Source of the DNA: Antedon mediterranea
Taxonomy: Eukaryota > Animalia > Echinodermata
Assembly: GCF_964355755.1 (NCBI RefSeq)
Contig: NC_092673.1
Coordinates: 16,588,948 to 16,652,947 of the forward strand
Direction: 5' to 3'
DNA length: 64,000 bases
Both the position numbers and the translations under genes were made by a program. This document shows, one piece after another, positions 1 through 11,818 of this stretch (position 1 is its first letter; every line of letters begins with the position of its first letter). The notes beneath the pieces are model-generated. The model was given only the letters and a program-made list of their open reading frames with translations. It was not told the DNA's origin and made no database searches.

Positions 1-589
1 CTATCTTTGGTACAGTTCTTGACCATTCATTGATTGTTTCAGAATTTATTACCAGCATCGAACCGTGCTCCATTTTTATGTTCACAGGTTTAATGTTTTT
101 GTTGGTGCGGTGTTCGAATCTACAGATTCTAGTAGGTCCCAGAGACATAATGCATACAGGACTTATTTTGCTCCTTTGTACATCATTAAGATAGCATTCC
201 GCTGAATCCTCTGCTCTTGTCAAAGTTACCATATTGTAAAAATGACCAGTCGCAATGTGTATCCATTCACGCATTTCGAGTAGAAACTTTGGCCAGTAAC
301 ACAGAGGACTTCTCGCTGTGTCGTCGATGTTTGTGTGAACTCCTATTTGGAATGACAACTCCAAATCACCGTACGCTGCACATCTAATGTGATCTACTTC
401 AGTGATCACATCGCGTAACTTATATAGAGAATCGAATAAATGTGTTTTCCTACATTGTTTTAAAATAGTGTCTGCTATCAGTCTATGTAGCAGATGTACA
501 CGAACGCATTTCATGTTATCTTCCGGTCTGCATACGGTGTGTGAATGAAAGCCGAAATAAAACTCATCTTCTGACTGGCTGACGTTCAT
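1..589 (-). CDS. AlkB/ALKBH2-3-like 2OG-Fe(II) dioxygenase-fold protein, 3'-partial, probably catalytically inactive
   Basis: Manual translation from ATG 589 stays open to the window edge: ...AAYGDLELSF...WPKFLLEMREWIHIATGHFYNMVTL...SPVCIMSLGPTRICRFEH...MEHGSMLVINSETINEWSRTVPK. This is colinear with ALKBH2 motifs (TYGD, TGQTFNFVL, SPIASVSFGACRDF, LAHGSLLMM, WYHSLP). Confidence 0.75.
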   Translation of the reverse strand, partial: MNVSQSEDEFYFGFHSHTVCRPEDNMKCVRVHLLHRLIADTILKQCRKTHLFDSLYKLRDVITEVDHIRCAAYGDLELSFQIGVHTNIDDTARSPLCYWPKFLLEMREWIHIATGHFYNMVTLTRAEDSAECYLNDVQRSKISPVCIMSLGPTRICRFEHRTNKNIKPVNIKMEHGSMLVINSETINEWSRTVPKI

Positions 590-680
590 GATTACTTTAT
601 TGCTACAAGAATTCACTACAACTTCCAATTAAAGTTTGAAACTAAAACTCCATACTGGTCGATTTTTATACTTTGCGATG

Positions 681-1624
681 AAGGTTAACTACACGCGTTG
701 TCAACAAACAACGAAACCGATGAATGATTGTCGATTATACTGATGTGTATGTGTGGTGCGCGCTTTAAAATTCGTATTGAATATATCGTGCCTTCTCTTC
801 CTCCTACCCGGCTTAATTTGCGTATGGTTTTCGAATGATGATCATGAAACACACAAACGGGTGTAATTCCATCGTTAGTTACTTTAGTGTTACAATAAAA
901 CCGTCTCTCGGCAATATGATGGAAATAAGCGTCACTGTCGGTAAATGTATACACCGGTCCCAAAGAGTCAGGGTCAATTACTTTTTTTTAAGAAATATGT
1001 TTAATGTGTATTATTATTATTATAGTTTAATATAAGCGTATTTTATAAATTTAATCTCCATTGATTCTATCATCATATTTTAAAATCAAAATGCTATGTT
1101 TTAAATTCTATTTGGGTTTCTCTCTCTCTCTCTCTCTCTCTCCCTCTCCCTCTCCTTCTCTCCTTATTAATTTAGATTCGACTATGTAGAAACGGAATTT
1201 AATTTCCAAATTAAAACACTGCATTGTAACAATATTATAATCGGTCTGCTTTTCTTTTATCGATGATGACAATAGAAATAAGGGTAGGGCGTGTGTATGT
1301 ATCACCGCCGGTCAGTGTACACACCAGGTCACAAAGCTTTAAAGAAATATTTTTAATTGTTATCCCGAATATGTGTGTTAGAGTAATTCGTTTTGGTATA
1401 TAATCATTTTGGTATACTAACAATTTGAACAAGCTGCCTCTACGCGCCTAGTCGTAAATCCAATCCTAGATTCTATATTTACCGATATTGCGCCCCCTAT
1501 ATAGTTTTTGATAAATTACTAATAATGTTATGGTATCGATAGATTGTAAGCCAGCTGAATGGTTAGTTCTTGAGTCTCGTAATGTAACGCTGTAGCATTA
1601 GGCTAGGGTTCGAGAATTGATTTG

Positions 1625-1659
<35 letters not shown>

Positions 1660-2698
1660 TAATATTTGTTTTACTCACCATCTTCTTTATTGACCATAGT
1701 TAAGGTTAACTACACGCGATTTGTCAACAAACAACGAAACCGATGAATGATTGTCGATTACACTGATGTGTATGTGTGGTGCGCGCTTTTAAATTCGTAT
1801 TGAATATATCGTGCCTCCTCTTCCTCCTACCCGGCTTAATTTGCGTATGGTTTTCGAATGATGATCATGAAATACACAAACGGGTGTAATTCCATCGTTA
1901 GTTACTTTAGTGTTTCAATAAAACCGTCTCTGCAATATCATGGAAATAAGCGTCACTGTCGGTAAATGTATACACCGGTCCCAAAGAGTCAGGGTCAATT
2001 AATTTTTTAAAGAAATATGTTTAATGTGTATTATTATTATTATTATAGTTTAATATATTAAGCGTATTTTATAAATTTCATCTCCATCGATTCTACCATC
2101 ACATTTTAAAATCAAAATGCTATGTTTTAAATTCTATCTAGGTTTCTCTCTCTCTCTCTCTCTCTCTCTCCTTCTCTCCTTATTAATTTGGATTCGACTA
2201 TGTAGAAACGGAATCTTCTCTCCCTCTCCTTCTCTCCTTATTAATTTGGATTCGACTATGTAGAAACGGAATTTAATTTCCAAATTAAAACACTGCATTG
2301 TAACAATATTATAATCGGTCTGCTTTTCTTTCATCGATGATGACAATAGAAATAAGGGTAGGGCGTGTGTATGTATCACCGCCGGTCAGTGTACACACCA
2401 GGTCACAAAGCTTTAAAGAAATATTTTTAATTGTTATCCCGAATATGTGTGTTAGAGTAATTCGTTTTGATATATAATCATTTTGGTATACTAACAATTT
2501 GAACAAGCTGCCTCTACGCGCCTAGTCGTAAATCCAATCCTAGATTCTATATTTACCGATATTGCGCCCCCTATATAGTTTTTGATAAATTACTAATAAT
2601 GTTATGGTATCGATAGATTGTAAGCCAGCTGAATGGTTAGTTCTTGAGTCTCGTAATGTAACGCTGTAGCATTAGGCTAGGGTTCGAGAATTGATTTG

Positions 2699-2755
<57 letters not shown>

Positions 2756-3731
2756 ATATTTGTTTTACTCACCATCTTCTTTATTGACCATAGTTAAGGT
2801 TAACTACACGCGATTTGTCAACAAACAACGAAACCGATGAATGATTGTCGATTACACTGATGTGTATGTGTGGTGCGCGCTTTTAAATTCGTATTGAATA
2901 TATCGTGCCTCCTCTTCCTCCTACCCTGCTTAATTTGCGTATGGTTTTCGAATGATGATCATGAAATACACAAACGGGTGTAATTCCATCGTTAGTTATT
3001 TTAGTGTTTCAATAAAACCGTCTCTGCAATATGATGGAAATAAGCGTCACTGTCGGTTAATGTATACACCGGTCCCAAAGAGTCAGGGTCAATTACTTTT
3101 TTTTTAGAAATATGTTTAATGTGTATTATTATTATTATAGTTTAATATAAGCGTATTTTATAAATTTCATCTCCATCGATTCTATAATCATATTTTAAAA
3201 TCAAAATGCTATGTTTTAAATTCTATCTAGGTTTCTCTCTCTCTCTCTCTCTGCCCCTCTCCTTCTCTGCTTATTAATTTGGATTCGACTATGTAGAAAC
3301 GGAATTTAGATTCCAAATTAAAACACTGCATTGTAACAATATTATAATCGGTCTGCATTGCTTTTATCGATGATGACAATAGAAATAAGGGTAGGGCGTG
3401 TGCATGTATCACCGTCGGTCAGTGTACGCACCAGGTCACAAAGCTTTAAAGAAATATTTTTAATTGTTATCCCGAATATGTGTGATAGAGTGATTCGTTT
3501 CGATATATAATCATTTTGGTATACTAACAATTTGAACCTGCTGCCTCTACGCGCCCAGTCGTAAATCCAATCCTAGATTCTATATTTACCGATATTAAGC
3601 CCCTATATAGTTTTTGATAAATTACTAATAATGTTATGGTATCGATAGATTGTAAGCCAGCTGAATGGTTAGTTCTTGAGTCTCGTAATGTAACGCTGTA
3701 GCATTAGGCTAGGGTTCGAGAATTGATTTGA

Positions 3732-3762
<31 letters not shown>

Positions 3763-6376
3763 TTAATATTTGTTTTACTCACCATCTTCTTTATTGACCA
3801 TAGTTAAGGTTAACTACACGCGATTTGTCAACAAACAACGAAACCGATGAATGATTGTCGATTACACTGATGTGTATGTGTGGTGCGCGCTTTTAAATTC
3901 GTATTGAATATATCGTGCCTCCTCTTCCTCCTACCCTGCTTAATTTGCGTAGAGTTTTCGCATGATGATCATTAAACACACAAACGGGTGTAATTCCATC
4001 GTTAGTTACTTTAGTGTTTCAATAAAACCGTCTCGGCAATATGATGGAAATAAGCGACACCGTCGGTAAATGTATACACCGGTCCCAAAGAGTCAGGGTC
4101 AATTAATTTTTTTAATAAATATGTTTAATGTGTATTATTATTATTATTATAGTTTAATATATTAAGCGTATTTTATAAATTTCATCTCCATTGATTCTAT
4201 CATTCGTTTCGATATATAATCATTTGGTATACTAACAATTTCAACCAGCTGCCTCTACGCGCCTAGTCGTGTGTCTGTATCACCGTCGGTCAGTGTATAC
4301 ACCGGTCACCGGAACCGGTCACAAAGCTTTAAAGAAATATTTTTAATTGTTGTCCCGAATATGTGTGATAGAGTAATTCGTTTCGATATATAATCATTTT
4401 GGTATACTAACAATTTGAACAAGCTTCCTCTACGCGCCTAGTCGTAAATCCAATCCTATAGATTCTATATTTACCGATATTGCGCCCCTATATAGTTTTT
4501 GATAAATTACTAATACTGTTAGGGTATTGATAGATTGTAAGCCAGCTGAATGGTTAGTTCTTGAGTCTCGTTATGTAACGCTGTAGCCTTAGGCTAGGGT
4601 TCGAGAATTTATTTGATACATATATATATTTTTTTAATATTTGTTTTACTCACCATCTTCTTTATTGACCATAGTTAAGGTTAACTACACGCGATTTGTC
4701 AACAAACAACGAAACCGATGAATGATTGTCGATTACACTGATGTGTATGTGTGGTGCGCGCTTTTAAATTCGTATTGAATATATCGTGCCTCCTCTTCCT
4801 CCTACACTGCATAATTTATGCGTATGGTTTTTGAATGATGATCATGAAACACACAAACGGGTGTAATTCCATCGTAAGTTACTTTAGTGTTTCAATAAAA
4901 CCGTCTCTGCAATATCATGGAAATAAGCGTCACTGTCGGTAAATGTATACACCGGTCCCAAAGAGTCAGGGTCAATTAATTTTTTTAAGAAATATGTTTA
5001 ATGTGTATTATTATTATTATAGTTTAATATATTAAGCGTATTTTATAAATTTCATCTCCATCGATTCTATCATCACATTTTAAAATCAAAATGCTATGTT
5101 TTAAATTCTATTTAGGTTTCTCTCCCTCTCCTTCTCTCCTTATTAATTTAGATTCGACTATGTAGAAACGGAATTTAATTTTCAAATTAAAACACTGCAT
5201 TGTAACAATATTATAATCGGTCTGCATTGCTTTTATCGATGATTACAATAGAAATGCGGGTAGGGCGTGTGCATGTATCACCGTCGGTCAGTGTACACAC
5301 CAGGTCACAAAGCTTTAAAGAAATATTTTTAATTGTTATCCCGAATATGTGTGTTAGAGTGATTCGTTTCGATATATAATCATTTTGGTATACTAACAAT
5401 TTCAACCAGCTGCCTCTACGCGCCTAGTCATAAATCCAATCCGATATTGCGCCCCTATATAGTTTTTGATAAATTACTAATAATGTTATGGTATCGATAG
5501 ATGGTAAGCCAGCTGAATGGTTAGTTGTTGAGTCTCGTAATGTAACGCTGTAGCATTAGGCTAGGGTTCGAGAATTGATTTGATACACACACATATATAT
5601 ATATATATATATTTAATATTTGTTTTACTCACCATCTTCTTTATTGACCATAGTTAAGGTTAACTACACGCGATTTGTCAACAAACAACGAAACCGATGA
5701 ATGATTGTCGATTACACTGATGTGTATGTGTGGTGCGCGCTTTTAAATTCGTATTGAATATATCGTGCCTCCTCTTCCTCCTACCCTGTTTAAATTTGCG
5801 TATGGTTTTCGAATGATGATCAATGATTCAATAAAACCGTCTCGGCAATATGATGGATATAAGCGACACCGTCGGTAAATGTATACACCGGTCCCAAAGA
5901 GTCAGGGTCAATTAATTTTTTAAAGAAATATGTTTAATGTGTATTATTATTATTATTATAGTTTAATATATTAAGCGTATTTTATGAATTTCATCTCCAT
6001 CGATTCTATCATTCGTTTCGATATATAATCATTTGGTATACTAACAATTTCAACCAGCTGCCTCTACGCGCCTAGTCGTGTGTCTGTATCACCGTCGGTC
6101 AGTGTATACACCGGTCACCGGAACCGGTCACAAAGCTTTAAAGAAATATTTTTAATTGTTATCCCGAATATGTGTGATAGAGTAATTCGTTTTGATATAT
6201 AATCATTTTGGTATACTAACAATTTGAACAAGCTTCCTCTGCGCGCCTAGTCGTAAATCCAATCCTAGATTCTATATTTACCGATATTGCGCCCCTATAT
6301 AGTTTTTGATAAATTACTAATACTGTTATGGTATCGATAGATTGTAAGCCAGCTGAATGGTTAGTTCTTGAGTCTC
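681..6376. repeat. Tandem array of a ~0.9-1.1 kb unit, five full copies plus one partial
   Basis: Unit start AAGGTTAACTACACGCG recurs at 681, 1702, 2796, 3806, 4677 and 5656. Units contain variable (TA)n, (CT)n and (TTA)n tracts. Confidence 0.95.
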
Positions 6377-6454
6377 ATCATTTTCTTAGAGGAATGTTTT
6401 TTTTTTTTTTCCTTTGTTTTTTTAAATGAAAATATAACTTCAAGTCAATGATAA

Positions 6455-6730
6455 CAACAGCGCGCTTCATTGTTAAGCATTCAGGTAGACCATCATGATA
6501 ACAGCGCGCTTCATTGTTAAGCATTCAGGTAGACCATCATGATAACAGCGCGCTTCATTGTTAAGCATTCAGGAAGACCATCATGATAATCAGCGCGCTT
6601 CATTGTTAAGCATTCAGGTAGACCATCATGATAACAGCGCGCTTCATTGTTAAGCATTCAGGAAGACCATCATGATAATCAGCGCGCTTCATTGTTAAGC
6701 ATTCAGGTAGACCATCATGATAACAGCGCG
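6455..6730. repeat. 44-45 bp minisatellite, about 6 copies
   Basis: ATAACAGCGCGCTTCATTGTTAAGCATTCAGG(T/A)AGACCATCATG repeated head-to-tail with no spacers. Confidence 0.95.
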
Positions 6731-7095
6731 GCGCTTTATCGGAAAATTTTTCCTAGAATCGGTAGTATACATTTTTATTTTATTCGATGAGAAGTGTATA
6801 ATAATTACGCGATGTTATTTCTTTCAGTAAACATACTATCTGTACATAATCATTATAAAGTGCGCGTTTATCAATGGTATTCTTGCATGTGTAATGATTA
6901 AAACAGAGAACGAGACGGCTAAATTTCATTCGTTTTATTGGCAACACACACACACACACAAAATATATATTAAAAAAAAACTCACACGTATACAATGTAA
7001 TTTATATAAGACCATAAACATAATATGAATGCACGGAGGTATGGTATGAAATCATTTTTTTTTTTTTTATATATACATATTTACATATTATTAGT

Positions 7096-10000
7096 TCATA
7101 ACGTTTGTTTTGAGCACGTACACGGTGAAAGTTTCTTTTCACCAGTCTTGTAAACCAGTGGTCTGAATGCGTGCAGTTTGTCCTTTTCTATAATTGCATC
7201 TTCTACGAGTCTTATGTGGCGTAAATAAGTGTCCACGTCGTGTCCAAATCGTTCTCTCAGTTTAATCTCCGTACCATCGGACAACATTCTAATCCATGCT
7301 TTTCGTCGTTGAACGTGCGACGGTTCGGCTTCAAGAAATTGCGGTTCTTCTAACTTGAATCTTAATCTATCACGATCTACTACCTCGGTTGTTGGATTTC
7401 GAAGTGTTTGTGTCAGATACGGATTTTTACACTTGTGTACCGGTAGACTACCGCCGTTCTTTTCGGCCAATTGCTGAATGTCTAACGTCTGAAACACATC
7501 TCTTGTACTACGATCCACGTACATGATGGTTTTACGTTCAGTCATATTTTTAAACACGCACTTTTCCAATACACTCTTGATCATTGATTCGCCGGCTTTC
7601 ACTTTGTAATGCTTACACGCGTCTTCCAATGAATTCAACGTCAACAGATTTACGTGAAAGAATACGTTCGGTGGTGGTGTTTCCGAGATGATCGAAGAAG
7701 AATTGATCAAGTGTCTCAAGTCGTTTGTTAGCAAATTCACACCGTTTCTCAGCTCATCCGCCTCGAACTCGTCATTTACCAGAACGCGTATTCGATTACC
7801 TCGGCACGCGTTTTTATCTTCGAGCACAACCTTTGTGCACAATTCGAGTATTTTTTTCAAACGTCTATGTTGTGGCAAAAAGACGCTAACGTGTACCATA
7901 AAGGCTCGAGCGTTCGACGTTTCCAATACCAATCTGCACGTGTGATCGTTGTTCATCACCGGCGGTGGCATCGGTAGTCTATCTCTGCTACCGTCATATG
8001 ATCTGCATTTCAACACCCTTAAACTGTCGGCAATCTCTTTCACGTCAACACCGACCGCAATTGATCCGTTTTCGTCGCAGTCTCCACTCACACACGATTG
8101 GATTGCGAGTTTCCTAACGTACGCCAGTCGGGTCTCGTGAAAATCTAAATTTATTTTTATCCAGTATCTTTCTTCGTTGGTAAACTTTTTCGGCACCGAT
8201 CCTAGATAATTGATGCTGGATTTGGGATCTTGAGAGTTTGACTGGCCCCAGTACATATGTCGAGCGAAGACGGGCAAATGAGACAAGAAGCGTGCGGCTT
8301 GTGTAAGTTTTCCATTGAGCATAACGTATATGTAATGTTTTCCCCTGTACTGTTTTGCATTGCACATTCCTGCCATCATCACGTCCGATATTTCACGGTA
8401 CTCGTTTGCATGTGACGAAAGATGAGCTTCCGTTGCCTCGCTACATTTGAACAGAAGCTGTTTTTGTCCGTTATCGTCCATTTTTCGAAACAACTTACTC
8501 CGTCCACTGTGCATAGCCAACAATATTTCCTTACATTGTTTGCGAGCAACACCCGTTTTGCGCTCTAAAATGGACAGAAGCGCCTCTTCGCTCCTGCACG
8601 TCAATTCAAAGTAAGTTTCACCATCTCGATGAACGGGATCATGAGAAGGATCAATCAACTGATCCGCTATCGTTCTCACGATTATCAGTTCGTTCTGTGG
8701 CATCGGACACATTAACGAAAATGCAAACAAAATATCAGCAGGATCCGGCTGCGCCTCGGACATTACCATGTCGTGTAGTCGCTTCATGTCCTGTTGCATC
8801 AGCCACCGTTGATGTTTGGCTATGATTCTTGAATTGAGACAACAAGTGTTCTCGTTCGGTAATCGAGGTGTATTGGCGTGCAGACTTTGTAACGGACAGC
8901 CGTTCACTTGAATCACTGCATTGTGAAAGGCGCACAAACGTGCCAGGTCGATGAGTTTATTGATGGTTCTAGTTTCTGTGGCGAATCCGAATCGGACTCC
9001 TTGCCTTTCCAATTCGACAGATATTCTATCGCAAGTCAACAGTAGCATACGATCGTCTTTGTACGAATCTCCTTCCGATCGACGTGGATACAGACCGCAC
9101 TCTGCCAACCGTACATGTTCCATTACTTTGTGGCGCAGAGCGCCGAATTGCGTTCGAATTTTTAAACGATCCAATTCCTTCTCGTATCCCTCCATTTTCT
9201 TGGGCACGTTGACAACACCACTGGGTGCCACGTCAAAAGTGACAACTCGTTCGTTTAACGAGTTACACAAGTTTTTTTCGTTCATGGCCATTATGGTGGC
9301 ATTATCGCAAACGTTGATTACGGTTCGAACACCGTGTCGAGTGGTTCCCGTGTTCGGATCCGTTACCTTCTCGGTTCGTTCGGTGCGCGTACAGCCGGAA
9401 TCGAGTTCCTCTTTCATTATTGCCGCTTCTTGACTGCTTTCAATTGACAACGGATTCTTATCGCTTTTAGATCCAGACGACGGTGGCACAAATTCGTTCA
9501 TGAAGCGTATTTTTTTTGAATTTTTGTACTTTCGCTCATTATCGACGAGCACGGCTTTCTGTGTTCGGTAAGTAACGTCGTCTGAGTAAGCGTTACCGAT
9601 TACAGATTTAGCGGCTACCATCACAGACGTTTTACCCGTACCGGGAGGTCCAACCAGAATGGCGTGCATGGCCATCGCATCGTGTGGGCATACGATACGT
9701 ATAGCCGACAGTAAAATGTACAAAAGTTCACCTTTAGCGTTAGACACACCGGCCACATTACCTATCAGAGCCACCATGTTCAAAAGATATCGATAACCTA
9801 TCGATATTTTCACGTCAGTTTCCTCTTCGTATACGAATGGAACAAAACTGCCGTCACTGTGTCTAGACGCGTTCATACACCAACCCTTCATCTCGTTATC
9901 CCACATATCGGCATACGATTGCGTTATTACTTCGCTCATTTGCACGTGTCTTCCCATATGCACTTGCGTGTACATGTCAAAGAAAATTTTGCCGACAGTC

Positions 10001-11451
10001 TTGTCACGGTATCTTTCCGGAGTCAATTGCAAATTGTGAAAAATCTTTCTCATCATCACTATGCCCGGATTCTTTGCCGTGTATTTTTCACCGTATAAAT
10101 GCCTATTAAGAAAAAAAAAAAAACAAAAAACAAAACGAAAACAATTATAAATCAAAAGTAAAACACGCACACTACAATTTGTGTTGTGGTGATGATGATG
10201 ATGATGATGATGATTATAAAATACGTACCTCGAGTCTATGGTCACTTCGTTCTGATTCTGGTTGGTTACATACAGTTTTCCGATTGCCGAAATTTTGTCT
10301 TCGTCCAATTGCGCTGCATCATCGCGCATAGCGTGAACAAACAATTTTGTATTACCAATGTTCGTATCACTTTCAAGTGCAGGAAAGTGTCTTTTCAAAA
10401 AATAATTCGCCTCGTACATGTGAGGTTCCAATATCCACGCTTTCATATGTTGGAAGCTTACACAACGACTATCGCCTTCGTTCATTATAACTCTCGGATC
10501 AATCTGTTGCAAAGACAGTTTAAGAGTCGGAGGTAGATTCAATTCTTTGTCGGCAATTGTCATCAACTGATCGAGAGTTAGCGCATTACTCGATTCATTT
10601 GCAATCAAACGTGTCAGCTCACGTCGATGAGTTGCACGTCTAGATGACGAAAAAAGAGTCTTTGGTGTAAACAGATCTGCGCGCTTTTGCCACGCCTCTG
10701 CTGTATCTTGTTCTCTAACAGTCGGGGGCAATCGATTGCCTTCGATTTTCGGTATGTCTAAACAGAAATATTTTTCAATGCTTCTTTCAAAATCCCCGAG
10801 CACTGTCACGTGTGGAACATAGCTATTTATCTTGGTTCGTTTCATTTGCGACGTTCCACGACCCAATCGGCAATCGAAATGTTTAAATGCATATTTTATT
10901 GTCGCCGTTGCTGAATCGTTTCGTTTACGTTTTGTCTTTTTACGTTTCGGTTCATTATCATCATCATCGTCGTCATCATCATCATCATCATCATCAAGAT
11001 CGTTGTCGGAAAACATTTCGCATCGGACGTCTGTCAAGAATGTTGTGTCCCATGCTGGCAGGTATCCGTTGTTTATCAACAGTATGGACTTGACAACGTA
11101 CTGTAACATTTTGTGCAAACGTCGTGGGAAGATCAACCAGAACACGTAACCGCACGACACCTTACCCCGAACCGTTTCATCCACGATGCGACTAGGTTCA
11201 ATAAGAGAGCACACCAGTGCGTGCTGTTCATCGTTGCAGTGCAACTGTAACGCTTTTCTCAACAACACCATCATCATTATGTACGTATGCGGGGAGCAAT
11301 TGCGCAGCGAGTTTGTCGGTATTTCAAACGATTTCAACTCGACGCACATGATGTGCATGGGTTCACCAAACACAATATCGTCCGTAATTCGACTGCCCGG
11401 CCATAATTCACATGGCAGTAGATCATCGGCTGTACTCTCAGATTTACTCAT
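7096..11451 (-). CDS. Large divergent MCM-like AAA+ ATPase/helicase (~1400 aa) with a probable 126-nt intron at 10103-10228
   Basis: Walker A AILVGPPGTGKTS, Walker B-like RFMNEF, then AAIMKEELDSG (cf. MCM AIHEAMEQQ), sensor-1 IMAMN (cf. LAAANP), Arg finger SLNERV (cf. ALLSRF) and sensor-2 TRTINKLIDLA (cf. ARQLESLIRLS). First ATG is at 11451. Confidence 0.7.
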   Translation of the reverse strand: MSKSESTADDLLPCELWPGSRITDDIVFGEPMHIMCVELKSFEIPTNSLRNCSPHTYIMMMVLLRKALQLHCNDEQHALVCSLIEPSRIVDETVRGKVSCGYVFWLIFPRRLHKMLQYVVKSILLINNGYLPAWDTTFLTDVRCEMFSDNDLDDDDDDDDDDDDDNEPKRKKTKRKRNDSATATIKYAFKHFDCRLGRGTSQMKRTKINSYVPHVTVLGDFERSIEKYFCLDIPKIEGNRLPPTVREQDTAEAWQKRADLFTPKTLFSSSRRATHRRELTRLIANESSNALTLDQLMTIADKELNLPPTLKLSLQQIDPRVIMNEGDSRCVSFQHMKAWILEPHMYEANYFLKRHFPALESDTNIGNTKLFVHAMRDDAAQLDEDKISAIGKLYVTNQNQNEVTIDSRYVFYNHHHHHHHHHNTNCSVRVLLLIYNCFRFVFCFFFFLNRHLYGEKYTAKNPGIVMMRKIFHNLQLTPERYRDKTVGKIFFDMYTQVHMGRHVQMSEVITQSYADMWDNEMKGWCMNASRHSDGSFVPFVYEEETDVKISIGYRYLLNMVALIGNVAGVSNAKGELLYILLSAIRIVCPHDAMAMHAILVGPPGTGKTSVMVAAKSVIGNAYSDDVTYRTQKAVLVDNERKYKNSKKIRFMNEFVPPSSGSKSDKNPLSIESSQEAAIMKEELDSGCTRTERTEKVTDPNTGTTRHGVRTVINVCDNATIMAMNEKNLCNSLNERVVTFDVAPSGVVNVPKKMEGYEKELDRLKIRTQFGALRHKVMEHVRLAECGLYPRRSEGDSYKDDRMLLLTCDRISVELERQGVRFGFATETRTINKLIDLARLCAFHNAVIQVNGCPLQSLHANTPRLPNENTCCLNSRIIAKHQRWLMQQDMKRLHDMVMSEAQPDPADILFAFSLMCPMPQNELIIVRTIADQLIDPSHDPVHRDGETYFELTCRSEEALLSILERKTGVARKQCKEILLAMHSGRSKLFRKMDDNGQKQLLFKCSEATEAHLSSHANEYREISDVMMAGMCNAKQYRGKHYIYVMLNGKLTQAARFLSHLPVFARHMYWGQSNSQDPKSSINYLGSVPKKFTNEERYWIKINLDFHETRLAYVRKLAIQSCVSGDCDENGSIAVGVDVKEIADSLRVLKCRSYDGSRDRLPMPPPVMNNDHTCRLVLETSNARAFMVHVSVFLPQHRRLKKILELCTKVVLEDKNACRGNRIRVLVNDEFEADELRNGVNLLTNDLRHLINSSSIISETPPPNVFFHVNLLTLNSLEDACKHYKVKAGESMIKSVLEKCVFKNMTERKTIMYVDRSTRDVFQTLDIQQLAEKNGGSLPVHKCKNPYLTQTLRNPTTEVVDRDRLRFKLEEPQFLEAEPSHVQRRKAWIRMLSDGTEIKLRERFGHDVDTYLRHIRLVEDAIIEKDKLHAFRPLVYKTGEKKLSPCTCSKQTL

Positions 11452-11499
11452 TTTCAACAACCGCGCGACTTTAACTAAACATTAAAAATACACAATCTT

Positions 11500-11818
11500 G
11501 CCTCTTATATATTCACAATCACATACGTTGATATTTTCCAAGGTGGACATCGATTAGACAGTGTACAACTTACCAGGAGATAATACTCATGCCTATTAAT
11601 TATGCATAAACTTTTGAAGGTCATCGTCTTTTCAATTCGCAAGGAAGTCTTTTATTTAGAAACGTTCAATGCCAACGATTCAATTGTATACACACATAAT
11701 TCACTTTGCTAGCAGTATATATAGCCTACACACACTTCAGTGAAGCAGTATCCTACACACACTTCAGTGAAGCAGTATCCTACACACACTTCAGTGAAGC
11801 AGTATATACTAACTAATA
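11500..11818. promoter_or_regulatory. Probable divergent promoter region between the helicase gene and a spliced + strand gene
   Basis: Minus-strand TATATAAG about 55 nt upstream of the helicase ATG. Plus-strand TATATATAG near 11716 is followed by three 27-bp repeats before ATG 11819. Confidence 0.4.
11725..11805. repeat. 27-bp tandem repeat x3
   Basis: CCTACACACACTTCAGTGAAGCAGTAT occurs three times. Confidence 0.9.

Noticed and set aside
1600-1612. TAGGCTAGGGTT as a telomere-like integration repeat
   Set aside because: It is a single imperfect instance per unit; there is no (TTAGGG)n tract in the window.
685-5405. Short ORFs in the 1-kb array
   Set aside because: They recur with the repeat, include translated (CT)n tracts and differ by frameshifts between units.
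6455-6730. Possible CRISPR array
   Set aside because: Repeats are contiguous with no unique spacers, there are no cas genes, and the context is eukaryotic.
7096-11451. Calling the ATPase a cellular MCM subunit or a named herpesvirus gene
   Set aside because: It is too divergent and long, with no recognisable MCM N-terminal OB/Zn domain, so a gene symbol cannot be supported without a search.
7688-11485. Plus-strand ORFs overlapping the helicase, and similar antisense ORFs over other long genes
   Set aside because: These are shadow ORFs antisense to longer, motif-bearing genes.
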